DNA from: Camelus ferus
Lineage: Eukaryota
Assembly: GCF_009834535.1 (NCBI RefSeq)
Contig: NC_045697.1
Location: 44,518,001 to 44,582,000, forward strand
Length of the DNA: 64,000 bases
Reading direction: 5' to 3'
Shown here: positions 24,290-37,269 of the stretch, one piece after another
How the letters are laid out: every line of letters starts with the position of its first letter
Numbering within the stretch: position 1 is the first letter of the stretch
The notes under the pieces: model-generated
What the model was told of the DNA's origin: nothing
What the model saw: only the letters and a program-made list of their open reading frames with translations
Databases searched by the model: none
Position numbers and translations under genes: made by a program

Positions 24290-25140
24290 AGACAGCCAGC
24301 TATCCACTGAAGACTTTAAGTTCCCCTTCCGTAGTGTAGAGTTGTTGCTGGCAAGAGACTCTCCAATCACAGACCATGTTTCTCTCCTACCCCTTGCACC
24401 TATGCAAAGCTATAAGACTAATTCTTACCAATAGATTGTGAGTAGAAGTGATGAGTGTCACTTTTGGGCTAACGTGGCTATAAGCAAATGTGCTTCTTCC
24501 ACGCCATGTTTAACCAGCTGCCACCTGAAGTTGAGACTCTGAGGGGCCAAGGCAATGACAAAGTCACAAAATGGAAAAAGCCTGGGTTTCTGGATTACCA
24601 TGTGGAAATCTGCTCACTGAAAACCTGCTTTAGACCATTATACAACCAAGAAACAAACCTCTATTGAGTTAAAACACTGAAAACTTGAGGTATGCTGGTA
24701 CAGCTAGTGTTTTTCTAATATTGAAATTGGTAGTTGGATGAGATATTGTTATGACAAAACCCTAAAACATAGCAGTGGCTTAACCACCAGGTGGTAAGCA
24801 GAGAACAAACTAATATTAGAGATTGGAAACATAAAGACCAATGCTATGCACGGTAAAATATTTGCTAAAACTATCATCTGTGACAATCTGAAAGGCAGAC
24901 AAAGTATCATTAAATCTGTCATTTTAGAAGAAGTTTGGAAAATAGAATGGTAGTAGTGTGAGTTCTTGTTACTAGCTACATTTTAGCAAGGTAACAATTG
25001 GCTGGTTTGCAAGAAGACATGAAAAGGAATAGAGAGACTGCAGAAATGTGGAACACTGAAAGATTGGATAAGCTGATGGATTTGGGCCCAAATAATAAGA
25101 CGTAAGATTGAAAAGGCTTTTTAATGACAAAAGCCCATTA
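24290..25140 (+). mobile_element. MLT1-like MaLR LTR plus internal sequence (continues about 26043-26280 after an L1 insertion)
   Basis: gtagaagtgatgagtgtcactt..ggg and aaacctctattg.gttaa..cactga LTR motifs followed by MaLR-internal-like sequence. Confidence 0.55.
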
Positions 25141-25152
25141 AGATTCTACCCT

Positions 25153-26030
25153 TCCTCAAAAACAAAACCCCCCTGAACCTATTAAAAATGGGCAAAGGAC
25201 ATGAATAGATTTTCTCCAAAGAAGATACACAAATGGCCAACAAGCACATGAAAAGATGCTCAACATCATTAGTAATCAAGGAAATGCAAATCAAAATAAG
25301 GATACCACTTCATACCTGGTAGCATGGCTGTAATTTAAAAAAAATGAAAAATTACAAGTGTTGAAGAAGATGTGGAGAAATTGGAACCCTCTTATATCAC
25401 TGATGGGAATGTAAAATGGTTCAACTACTGTGGAAAATAGTTGGGAAGTTCCTTAAAACTATCAAAAAGTTAAAATAAAATTACCATATGATCCAGCATT
25501 TCCATTTATGTACATACATAAAAAGAATTGAAAACAAGTATTCAAACAAAAACTTGTAAATGAATGTTCATAGCAGCATTATTCACAGTAGCCAAAAGGC
25601 AGAAACAACCCAAATATCCATCAGCTGATGAATGGATAAACAAGTTGTGGTACATATATACAATAGAATATTATTCAGCCAAAAAGGAATGAAGTACTGA
25701 CTCATGCTTACAACATGGATCACCCTCAAAAACATCATGCTAAGTGAAAGAAGCCAGACACAAAAGATCACAGATTATGTTATTCTATTTATATGAAATA
25801 TTCAGAACTGATAAAGCCATAGAGACAGAAAGTAAGTTATTGGTTGCCAGGGGCTGGGGAGTAATTGCTTAATGGGTATGAAGTTTCTTTTTGGGGTGAT
25901 GAAAAGGTTTTGGAACTAGATAGAGGTGATGAGTGTACAATATTGTGAATGTACTAAATGCCACTAAAATGTATACTTTAAAATGTTAATTTTATGTTAT
26001 GTGGATTTTACCTAAATTGAAAAAAAAAAA
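25153..26030 (+). mobile_element. 5'-truncated L1 (L1M-type 3' end) with poly(A) tail and TSD
   Basis: ORF2 C-terminal motifs (aagcacatgaaaagatgctcaacatcatta, gaatggataaacaa..tgtggta); A-tail to 26030; TSD agattctaccct (25141-25152) / agattctgccct (26031-26042). Confidence 0.85.
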
Positions 26031-26329
26031 AGATTCTGCCCTGCATTAAAGATCAGATTAGGGGTATAAACTTCCTATCCAACCAAGCCTAATGGTCTCA
26101 AAGTAGTTGCCTTTAACATGAGAGGAAGGCATGAGCAAGGAAGCAAAGAAATAACCAGGCTTCAGAAATACGTCTGGAAAAGAACTTCACATGTATCCAC
26201 AATCACTTGGAAATGATTAGAAGCAATGAGATTAGAATCAACTAAGTTTTGAATGGAATTATAAATAAATCAAAAACTGATCTTTTCAAAAGACATCCCC
26301 CTCCAAAAAAAAAAAAAAAAAAAAAAAGC

Positions 26330-26630
26330 TTGGAGGTGGTTGCCAGAGGGGAGAGGGGTAGGGGGACAGACAAAATAGGTGAAGGGGATTAAGAGGTACA
26401 AATTTCCAGCTATAAAGTAAGTCACAGAGGTGTAATGTACATATAGGGAACATAGTCAATAATACTGTAACAACTTTGTATGGTGACAGGATGGTAAGTG
26501 GTCTTATTGTGGTGAGCATTTAATAATATAAAATAATATTGAATCACTGTGTTGTACACTTGAAACTAATATAATATTATATGTTAATTATAACTCCCAT
26601 AAAAAATAAAGAGAGGTTAGGAATGAAAAA
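26330..26630 (+). mobile_element. L1 3' end fragment
   Basis: gtggttgccagagggg...ggtgaaggggattaagaggtacaaa.ttccag.tataaa...tgtacacttgaaactaatataa. Confidence 0.75.
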
Positions 26631-26789
26631 ATAAAACTAACCACAGGCACAGGACAGACTGAAAAATTACAGGAGAATACAACTGCACATGGCGTATCAC
26701 ATATAGTTTTTATACATTTGTGGACTGAGTCTTTTGAGGCAACAATGATAAACTATAACATATTGAATTCAACAATACATACAAATATG

Positions 26790-28910
26790 TAATGTGCAAT
26801 TCATCATATTTACAGGGTAAAGAAGAAAAATTATTAACTCAATGTGAAAAAGGCATTTGATAAAATGCAACCTCCTTTCATGATAAAATTTCTTAGCAAA
26901 TGAGGAATAGAAAGAAATGTTCATAGCTTGTTAAAAGATACCTATCAAAATTTGAATGTAAATTTAATACTTAACTGAAGCATTAGAAATTATTCATTTT
27001 TCCATCAGAAACAAAACAAGTATTTCAGACATCAACATTTCTCTTCAACATTTTTCTGGAGTTCCTAGCTAATGTAGTAAGACAAGCCTAAATAAATAAA
27101 TGAACAAACAAACAAATAAATGAATAAACAAATAAGATACATTGGAAAGGATAAAAAAAATCCAGTCCTTGTTTACATATGATAGAACTCCTATGTAGAA
27201 AATGCAAATAAATCCATACAAAAAATATTACCATTAAAGAGTTCAGCAAGACTTGGGATACAAAATCAATATGCAAAAATTGACTGTGTTCCTATTAATC
27301 AAAAAATTTTTTTTGAAAATGTAGTTTAAAAAATGTCCTTTACAATAGCAACAAAATGGTAAGATATCAAGAAATAAATCTCACAAGAATTGTACAAGAT
27401 CTTTATGGGAAAAATTATAAAACTCTATTGAAAGATTTTTGAAAGAGACTTAGAAAAATGAAGAGACATAGCATGTTCAGAGGTGGGAAAATTGTATTTT
27501 AAATAAAATGTTCTCCCCGTATTAACATGATTCCACCTAACAGCCTGATAACCTTTTTTGTGTGTGTGTAACTTGAGATGTAGATTCTAAAATTCCCTGA
27601 AAGAGAAAGCAGCAAGCCTTGCCAACATAATTTCCAAAAAGTATAAAGTAGATGAACTGGCCCTATAAGATATTAAGGCTTCTCATAAGACCACAGTAAC
27701 TAAAATGGTGTTTTAATGTTAAAATTGGGGGAGGATATAGCTCAAGTGGCAGAGTGCATGCTTAGTATGCATGAGATTCAGGGTTCAAACCCCTGTACCT
27801 CCTCCAAAAATAAATAAATAAACCTAATTACCTCCCCCACCAAAAATGTTTTTTTAATGTTTAAATGGTCCAAAGATATAGAAATAGACCTGTAGAATAT
27901 AATACATAAAAATCGAAAAAGATTAAAAACTGTTTACATATGAAAACATTACATGTGACAAGGTTGGCATTACAAACCAGATGGGAAAGGCTGAGCTATT
28001 CAATAAATGATTATTTGTTTTATAGCACAGGAAACTATATTCAATATCTTGTAACCTATAATAAAAAGAATATGAAAAGAAATATATATATGTATGACTG
28101 AAACATTATGCTGTATATGGGAAATTGACACAACACTATAAACTGACTATTCTTCAATTGAAAAACAGTTGTTTAGGGTACTGGTTATTTATACAGAAAA
28201 TAATAAAATTTGATTCTGACCTACCTCATAATTTATGCAAAAATAAAATTTCAGATGTTTAAAGATCCATGTTTAAGAAGCAGAATTAAAAACTTTTGAG
28301 ACAATGTAAGAGTCTGTTTATAACCTGGGGAAAGGAAGGCATTCTTAAACAAGACACAGAAAGCATAACTATGAAGAACAAGACTAATATATTTGCCTAC
28401 ATGAAAGTTAGACTTTAGTCCTAAAAGGGACACTACACACAAAGTTAAAATCAAGCCACATATTGGGAGAATATATTTACACTTTACATAACTATTAGGA
28501 TGAAGAATTATATATTCATTCTTTAATAGTTATAAAATTAGTACTATATACATATAACTACAAAGTATTTAAAAAGGTAGACAGCCCATTAGCAAAATGG
28601 GCAAAGGATGTCAATAGACAATTCACAAAAGAAAATCTGATGGTTAATAAACATAAAAATTGCTCACTGTCATTCAAAATTAGGGAAATGCAAATTAAGA
28701 CAATAATTATTTTCTTTCCCCTACAAAACTGTTAAAAATTATAATCTCATAATCCCAAGTATTGGCAAGGTGCTATGGAGCAACAGGACCTCACATACGA
28801 TACTGATGGAAGTATAAATGGGCATAACAGTTGGGAAAGCAATTTTGAAATATTTGTTAATTTAAAGGTGCACATATTTTAAGATCCAGCAATTCCATTT
28901 CTATGTATAT
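26790..28910 (+). mobile_element. Old degraded L1 ORF2 remnants interrupted by a SINE and a younger L1 3' piece (about 28015-28165)
   Basis: aaaaggcatttgataaaat.caac, ggatacaaaatcaatatgcaaaaat, aaaatgggcaaaggat, gggaaatgcaaattaa motifs with many stops. Confidence 0.7.
27727..27846 (+). mobile_element. tRNA-derived SINE, Vic-1-like (camelid)
   Basis: GGGGAGGATATAGCTCAAGTGGCAGAGTGCATGCTTAG...GGGTTCAAACCCC..ACCTCC with A/B boxes, (TAAA)n tail and degenerate flanking direct repeat (aaaatg..ttttaatgtt). Confidence 0.8.
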
Positions 28911-29040
28911 ATTGTAGAATGAGGGTTCCAAAATGGGATTAAACATCCCAGGAGGTTGTGTAAAATGATTCACTGGAAAACAGAAACATAATATTAGAAC
29001 CTCTATTTGTTCATCTTAATCTACAAAACAAGAAGGAGGC

Positions 29041-29125
29041 GGGTGGAGGTTACAGCTCACGTGGTAGAGTGCATGCTTAGCATGCACAAGGTCCTGGGTT
29101 CAATATCCAGTACCTACATTAAAAA
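29041..29125 (+). mobile_element. tRNA-derived SINE, Vic-1-like
   Basis: AGCTCACGTGGTAGAGTGCATGCTTAGCATGCACAAGGTCCTGGGTTCAAT; flanked by aaaacaa..aaggagg repeats (likely TSD). Confidence 0.8.
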
Positions 29126-30679
29126 CAAAAAAAGGAGGAAATGAAAATATTTAGTGTTTAACATATGGATAGGCACTGACATCTTCCCTAGGTGTTATAT
29201 AAGACGGTATAGCATGAAAGTTAAGGTGTTTTGAGGGAAGAGAGGAAATTCCACAGTGATGGAGAGCTGACCACAGCATACTCCTTTACCCACTCGCTTG
29301 TAGGATATTCCAGTTCCTACAATTTACATGCATCTGGGTAAATGAATGTATGAGTATTAGTACTTAGTTTTCACTAAACTAAAAAGTAGACGTGTGGCTT
29401 AATTATACTAATAAGGCAAATATAAACAAGAAAATGGCAACGAGGATATATCTCTGCTTCTAGTTTGAATACTCCATCTGCCATATTTAGAGATTTTAAA
29501 AAATAGTCATTTGTAGTAAGATCTGACTTTTAATCACATTGCTAGCATTAAAAAATGTTATCAATATTTTTCTTAATCAGGGAAATAGTTTTAATTTTGT
29601 TAAGAAAACAAATTATTTAATATTTTATTTCGTCTTTGTCTCATTCTTTTAATTTCTATTTTTCTGTATGTTTTATAATATATAACATATTATAGAAGAA
29701 CATATATAGCTTATATATAATTTATATCTATATATTTAAATGCAGTCTCAAGAATATTTTACAAATAAGTATGCATGATCAAAAAACTCTATAGACAATT
29801 GTCTTAAAAACATTTTTGCAAATGTGTACCAAAAGTTCAATGCAGTATTGTTCCTTAAAAAGAAAAAGTTGGAATCTACATTAACGTTTATTAAAAGAGG
29901 AAAGGAAAGGATAAGCACACTGTATTTCTTAAAATAGTAATGTTATGCTGTCAGAAGTTAAACTGATAAATTAGAGCTAAGTGTATCAAAATGAACACCT
30001 CTCAAAAACATAGGTAGAACTGAAAACTCAGGTTGCAGAAGGGTACAATCATTATAATGTCATAAATACAAAGTTTAGAAATGCAAAACAATACTATAGA
30101 CACATACATAGATAGTAGATCTTCAAGAGATTTTGTTGAATTAACCAATGAGTAAAAGGTGCAAGGATAGCAAAGATAAGAGGGAAAAACTCAGCCTGTG
30201 TAATGAATGAGGAGATGACTATTGAGCTGGGTTTTGATGGATGAATAGAAGTTTTCCAAGGCAAGGAAAAAGAGGGAACAGTATATTTAAAGGTGTGAAA
30301 TCATTCAATGTGTACTTTGGAGAATTACAAATAGTCTAGTATTTTTTGAGACTTATAAACTACAGGACCATGACCTCTGGATGACAATATAGTCAGAAGA
30401 ATGCTCACTAAGTTAGAGATGTTGAACCGTACCCTGGTGTCTAACAAAGGTGCACCACTGGAGGGTTTTAAAAAGGCTATAGATAATATCCATACTTTCA
30501 TTTTAAAAGAATATTTATAGTGTCAGTGTGGAGGATGACTGGAGTAGAATAAAACTAAAAGGTGGGAGAACAATTAAATCTGGGAATTACCAGAATCAGG
30601 CAAGAGAGAACTGATCTTGGAGTGAGACAGTGAGTGGCAATGGATGAGCAGAAGGTGGGTTTAAGAGATTTAGCCATTC

Positions 30680-31045
30680 TGTGGAATACTATTTAGCAAT
30701 GAAAAGGAATAAAATATTAACACACAACAACATGGATATTAGAAACATTATGTTAAGTAAAAGAAGTCAAACACAAAAGACTATGTATTTTATGATTCTA
30801 TTTATACGACACTCCAGAAGAGGCAAGACTATAGTAACTGAAAGCAGATCAGTGGTTGGTTGGGGTCAGAGGTAGGGTTAAGTCAACTATAAAGGAGGGA
30901 TGAGGAAGATTTTAGGATGGAAGAGCTGGTCTACAACTTGATTGTGGTCACACAATTGTACACAATTACCACAAGCCATTAAACTCCACTTAAGGTGGGT
31001 GAATATTATATGTAAATAATGCTTTGGTAAGTTGTTTTTAAAGAA
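30680..31045 (+). mobile_element. L1 3' fragment
   Basis: gtggaatactatttagcaatgaaaaggaat...aagcagatcagtggttg. Confidence 0.7.
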
Positions 31046-32097
31046 GTAAAAATGAGCCTAAGAACAAAAAAGATTTAGGAAGGTGAATTAATAGAACTTG
31101 GTGAGTAAAAAGTATGTGTAGACTTTGCTTTACCTGGTGGCTGTGTTTCTAGAAACTATCTGTAAAAATAAAATTTTAAATGCTCAGAGGAAGCTTTCAA
31201 CTTTTAGTGATTGTTTTAAAACTATTTTTTAATACAGAATTTCAAACACATACAAAAGTTAACAGGTGGCATAATGAGCCCCTATATTCTCAACATCCAG
31301 TTTTAACCATTGTTATTTTATGGCCAATTTTATTTCATTTATACCCCATTCTACTCCCCAACTCCTGAACTATTTATTCTGAAGCAAAATTCAGATGTTA
31401 CATAATTTCATTCGTAAGTATTTTACTGTATATCTCTAATAAGTAATGACTCTTTTCAAAACATAACCACAATGCCATAGTGATTTCACTGGTGTATGCA
31501 GCTATCAAAATTCATCAAATTGTACGTTTGAAATATGTTTAGTTTGCTGTACAGGAAACATACCACAATGAAGGTGTTTTAAAAAAAACATAACCACAAT
31601 GCCATTATCACACCTAAAAATTAGTAATATTCCTTAATATCATCTAGCATCCAGCCAGAGTTCAAATATCTAGTTGTCTCATGAAGCTGTGAAATTTCAC
31701 TTTTATAGTTTGTTAGAATCAAAATCCAAGTAAGGACCACACACTGCAATTGATAATACCTTCTAAGTCTTTTTTTGGGTAAGTTTCCTTCTCCTTTTTT
31801 CCCTTGCAATTTATTTGTTGACTAACCTCTGTGTTTCTTAATGTAAGAAATCCTCCTTTCACACAAATAACCATCTGTTACTTTAATGGGTTTTAAAATT
31901 TGGATTGTTTTATAATTATTCTTTTAATACTTTAGTTGCATTTCAATAATTTTTTTCATGAAGCCATAGCTTGGTGACATACGATTCTCTCACTTAGTGT
32001 CCCAGGTGTATTTTTGCTTTGGGCAGTTTGTCTCAAGGGTAGTGAGCCTGTGCTTTAGAGCAGTATTTAGGTATCAAGAGAGCTCTGTAACACTCAC

Positions 32098-32256
32098 AGT
32101 TGTTTGCAGATTAGCTGTCTTATCAGAGAAAATATTCAATCTTTCCTCGTTTTCCAAAATTTTGTCAATATTTTGGGTCAGAACATTTTTTACATCAGTC
32201 ACTTGACTCCTCAGTGTGGACATCGAGCTGTCATCTTGATTTTTATTGTATTTCAT
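32098..32256 (-). CDS. VAMP9: VAMP9-like coding exon 5 (R-SNARE/synaptobrevin motif)
   Basis: ttctatatag|ATGAAA ... ACAACT|gtgagt; 159 nt; MKYNKNQDDSSMSTLRSQVTDVKNVLTQNIDKILENEERLNIFSDKTANLQTT, a synaptobrevin heptad pattern close to VAMP8 ([26 protein letters not shown]...KTEDLEAT). Confidence 0.92.
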
Positions 32257-32489
32257 CTATATAGAAGTGAAATATAATATAAATTTCATTTTCTATAAGT
32301 GAAATCTATTATGATACACTGTATAAATTAGAACAAAGGTGTCAAAGGCACATCTCACTTGCATTTCAGCATAAGGAATCAACTAAGCCTCAAATTGTCT
32401 CACCTTAATCTTGCAGGAAAAATGGAGTGTGGCGGGAGCAGGACTGTATAATCAGCAGTGGAAGTTTCTTTTTAAGTTTAAATTTTTTG

Positions 32490-33630
32490 TTTATTTATTA
32501 GTAGAGACTTTTAAAAAAGAGCAGTTTTAGGTTCACAGTAAAATTGAGTGAAAAGTACAGATACTCCTTATCCCTGACACATGCACAGCCTTCCTCACCA
32601 TCAACATCCTGCACTTGACTGGTACATTTGTCACAATGGGTGACCCCACATTGATGCATCGTTATCATACAAAGCCCATAGTTTACATTAGTGTTCACTG
32701 TTAATACTGTAAATTCAACGGATTTGGACAAATGTGTAATGACATAATGACATGTATTCGTTTTTACAGCATCATACAGAACAGCTTCACTGCCCTTAAA
32801 ATCCTTTGTGCTCCACCTAATCATGCTTCCCTTTTCCCTAAGCCCTGGAGACAACTGGTCTTTTTACTGTCTCCATAGTGTTGCCTTTTCCAGAATACCA
32901 CATAGTTAGAATCATACAATGTGTAGCCTTTTCATATTGGCTTCTCTCACTTAGTAATATGAACTTAAGATTCATGTCTTTTCATGGCTTAATAGCTCTT
33001 TTTTTTAGGGCTGAATAGTAGTCCATGGTTTGGATGTACTGCAGTTTATTTATTCTATGGAAAGACATCTTGGTTGCTTCCATGTTTTGGCAATTATGAA
33101 TAAATCTGCTCTAACATCCATAATACAGGTTTCTGTGTGGATGTAAGTTTCAATTCCTCTATGTAAATACCAAGAAGCATAATTGCTGGATCATATGGTA
33201 AGAGTATGTTAGTTTTGTAAGAAACTGCCAAATTGCCTTCCAATGTGACTGTACCATTTTGCATTCCCACCTGCAGTGAATAAGAGTTTCTACTGCTCCA
33301 CATCCTTGCCAGCATTTGGTGTTGTGTTTTGAATTTTGGCCATTCTAATAGGTTTGTGAGGGGTATCTCATTGTTACTTTAATTTGCAATTCCCTAATGA
33401 CATATGATGTTGAGCATCTTTTCATATGCTTATTTGCCATCTGTGTATCTTCTTTGGTGAGGTATCTATTCAAATCTTTGACCTATGTTTCAATCAGGTT
33501 GTTTATTTTCTTATTGTTGAGTTTTCAGTGGTCTTTGTATATTCTGGATTATAGTTCTTTATCACATTTCTCTTTTGCAAACATTTTCTCCCAGTCTGTG
33601 GCTTGTCTTCTCATTCTTGTGACAGTTTTT
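32490..33630 (-). mobile_element. L1 ORF2 C-terminus plus 3'UTR (reverse)
   Basis: ORF track 33094..33315 (LPYDPAIMLLGIY) is an L1 ORF2 C-terminal remnant; gatgttgagcatcttttcatatgcttatt motif. Confidence 0.85.
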
Positions 33631-34949
33631 TGATCCAATTTGACAATTTCTGTCTTTTAATTGGTGTATTTAGACTGCTAACTTTTAAAGTGATTATTGA
33701 TATGGTTGGATTAATATCTTCCATATTTGTTACTGTTTTCTATTCATTGCTCTTGTTCTTTGTTCCTATTTTTGTCTTCCACTCAATCTATATGAAAAAT
33801 GATCTCTAAGATATAGTGCTATATTAAAAAGGTAAGCTGCAGCTGCAGAACAGTATTAAATAATAACTTATTAAGCACTTAGTATGTTCCAGGCACTGTT
33901 TTAAGCACTTCACACATGCTAGTTCATTTAATTCCCAAACCACTATATAAAGTAGTACTCCTACTGTCTCTTATTTTCTAAATAAGAAAATTCAGACTGA
34001 GAGAAGTTAATATATTGCCTGATTTTACACAGCTAGAGGCTAAGCAAGAAGCTCCAGAGATTAAGCCTTTACTCATTGTATAATTCTGGAAGGTTACACA
34101 CCAAACTGTTAACAGTGCTCACCTCAAGGGAGTTTGATTGAGACCTTAGGAAATACTCATATTTCACTTTAAATACTTTTGCTTTATCTCACTTTATTAA
34201 TGACTATTACTTTTTGAATAAAAATGATATGAAAACCTCTTGATCTTTGGCAAGTGATCAAATCCACCTTAAACAGAACTCTGATCTTGGTTCCTGGACC
34301 ATACAACTCATAGTTGACGTTCTGTCAGGAGCTTACTAGTTGGATGTAGAAGAGAGGGAACTGTATCCCTCCAAAAAGATACCTTCAAATCCTAATTCTG
34401 GATACCTGTGAATGTGACCTTATTTGGAAATAAGGTTTTTGCAGATATAATCAAGTTAAGATAAATAGTGAATCTTTGATTTTTCTTTTTGTTTCTCTTC
34501 TCTTTTCCTCTCCTTTTAAAAAGTGCTTAATCTTTTTTAATCTAAGAGATGCATCTAAGTTTTGTTAAGATAATGTATTCATAGTCCATTCAATGGTATT
34601 TGGTACATTTATATATATACATATATATAATTAAAATATGTAATATATAATTAAAACTCTCTCAAAACTACTTTTTTTTCTGCTGTGTGCATTTTGTTAA
34701 TTATAGTATAAAAAATTCAACAAGTTTTACAAAATTTTCTGCAGATTTAAAGCCCACCAGGTTAGTTCATAAATGTTAAACAGGAATCTTTTTGATGTCA
34801 GATGTGTTAACTGCTTAAAATGTGCATATTTTTGCATGGTAACTAGTTTTCACGGAGTTATGATAATAATATATTTTGGCTGCATTGAATATTACAGAAT
34901 TCTTCATAAGAAATATTTAATATATCTATCCTGAGTTACTTTTTCAGGC

Positions 34950-35490
34950 ATTGTGGTGGGCACACCGTATGGTGACCCCCACTGAGTCATATCTTAGTAA
35001 GATTTCCCCCACTTAAGTGTGATTTTCTCCTAATGAATGGAAGCAAAGGTGATGCAATGTCACTCCTATGATTATGTCATATTATATAACAGTTAGCAGA
35101 CTGGAGTGAGAGGTTCCTCTGCTGGCCCTGAAGAAGCAAGCCCTGTGCTGAGGATGCTCACATGGCAAGGAGCTGCCATCAGTCTTTAGGACCAGGGGTG
35201 TCCTCCAGCCGACAGCCAGCAAAAAGTGGCATCCCTTGCACAGCTCTGAGGAAATGAACTCTGTAACAACCCGAATGAGGCCAGAAGCAGATTCTTCCCC
35301 AGAGCTTCCAGATGAGAACACAGCCGGGCTGACACACGGACTGCAGCCCTGAGAGGCCCTGAGCAGAGAACCCAGTTAAACTGAGCCTCGATTTCTGACC
35401 TATACTAACTGTGTGAGATAGTAAATGTGTCGTGTTTCTGGCTGATGATTTGCGGTAAATTTGTTACACATACATTGAAAACTGATGCAG
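34950..35490 (+). mobile_element. MLT1-like MaLR LTR
   Basis: catggcaaggagctg..., gaagcagattcttcccc, gagaggccctgagcagagaacccag, aatttgttacaca motifs. Confidence 0.7.
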
Positions 35491-35779
35491 GTATACTTAA
35501 AATATTTTATTATGGAAAAGTTCAAATATATACAGAAACAGAGTGAATTATTCAGTGTGCCCATCACCTAGTTTCAGCATCGCCAATCTTATTTCACCTA
35601 TACAACTATCGATTACCCCTTCCCCAAATGTATTATTTTAAAGCAAATCCCAGACAGTCTATTATTTTAATCTGTAAATGCTTCATTTTGTATCTCTAGA
35701 AGATACAGCCTTATTTTTCTTAAAAACAAAATCATGACATCTAAAAATATTCCTTAGTATCATCAAATATTTGGTTTGT

Positions 35780-36038
35780 CCCTTGTACACTGTTGGTGGG
35801 AATATAAACTGGTGCAACTACTGTGGAAAACAGTGTGGAGGTTTCTCAACAAACTAAAAATAGAACTACCATAAGACCCAGCAATTCCATTCCTGGGTAT
35901 ATATTTGAAAAAAAATAAAAGTACTAATTTGAAAAGATACATGCATCCCGATGTTCATAGCAGCATTATTTACAATAGCCCAGATACAGAAGCACCCAAA
36001 GTGTCCATCAACAGGCCAATAGATTAAGAAGATGTGAG

Positions 36039-36075
<37 letters not shown>

Positions 36076-36510
36076 AATACCACTCAGCCATAAAAAAGAA
36101 TGAAATATTGCCATTTGCAGCAACAATGGATGGACTTGGAGGGCATTATGCTAACTGAAATAAGTCAGACAGAGAAGACAAATCCTGTACATCACTTATA
36201 TGTAGAATCTAAAAAATACAACAAGCTAGTGAATATAACAAAAAAGAAGCAGACTCACAGATATGGAGAACAAACTAGTGGTTACCAATGGGGAGATGAA
36301 ATGGGGGAGGGGTAAGACAGGGGTAGGGTAGTAAGAGGTAGACACTATTAGGTATAAAATAAGCTACAAGGATATACTGTACCACATAGGGAATACGCCA
36401 ATACTTCATAGTAACTATAAATGGAGTATAATCTTTAAAAATTGTGAATCATATTATATACCTATAACTTAAATAATATTATACAGTAACTATGTCTCAA
36501 TAAAAGAAAA
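35780..36510 (+). mobile_element. 5'-truncated L1 3' end with internal (CA)n
   Basis: tacactgttggtgggaat, gaactaccataagacccagcaattcc, tggatggacttggagggcattatgctaa; A-rich tail near 36500. Confidence 0.85.
36041..36072. repeat. (AC)n microsatellite
   Basis: About 16 uninterrupted AC units inside an L1. Confidence 0.95.
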
Positions 36511-37269
36511 AAATTTAGAAACTTTATTATGTTAAAACATACATATCATAAAATGTGTAATTTTAACTATTTTCAACTGCTTAGTTCAGTGGCATTAAGG
36601 ATATTCACCTTGCTGTGCAGCTATCACTACCATCCATCTCCAGAACTTTTTTATTTTCCCAAACTGAAACTCTGTACCCATTAAACAAGAACTCCTCCTC
36701 CCTTCCACTCAGTCTCTGGCAACCGCCATTCTACTTTGTCTCTATTAATCTGATTACTCTATGTACCTCAAATAAGTGGCATCACACAGTATTTGTCCTC
36801 TCGGACTGTCTTATTTCACTTATTAGGGACTACTTAAAATATTTACTTTAATAGGATTTTATAATTGTGTAAAATATTTACAACAGTTCCAAGTCAACTT
36901 TCGTTCAGAGAGCTCTAGTTTCTATTCCTGTCCCCATCTCTACACAGGCAACCATTGAAATGCTTTTGGTTTATCCTTCCCATGTCCTCCTGCCCCACCC
37001 TTTTTCACTATAAGCAAAAATATATTTGTGTTTATTCCCTCTTTCTTAAATGGCTGCATACAGGATGATAAGTAAATAACAGAATACTATACATATTTTC
37101 TCTATCTTGCTTTACTCACTTATCAATGTATCTTGGATATCATTCCTTATCATTATATAGAGATAGAAGTTCTTACTTCTCATTCACCTTAACAGCTCTT
37201 AACTCATAATTCCTGATTAGTTAGATGTAACACTAACAATGTTTAGGAATACAATTGGAGGTTACATAC

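Noticed and set aside
27727..27802. Possible tRNA genes (also at 29041 and about 56090-56160)
   Set aside because: A/B boxes are present, but the copies are mutated and carry A-rich tails and flanking repeats, so they are SINEs.
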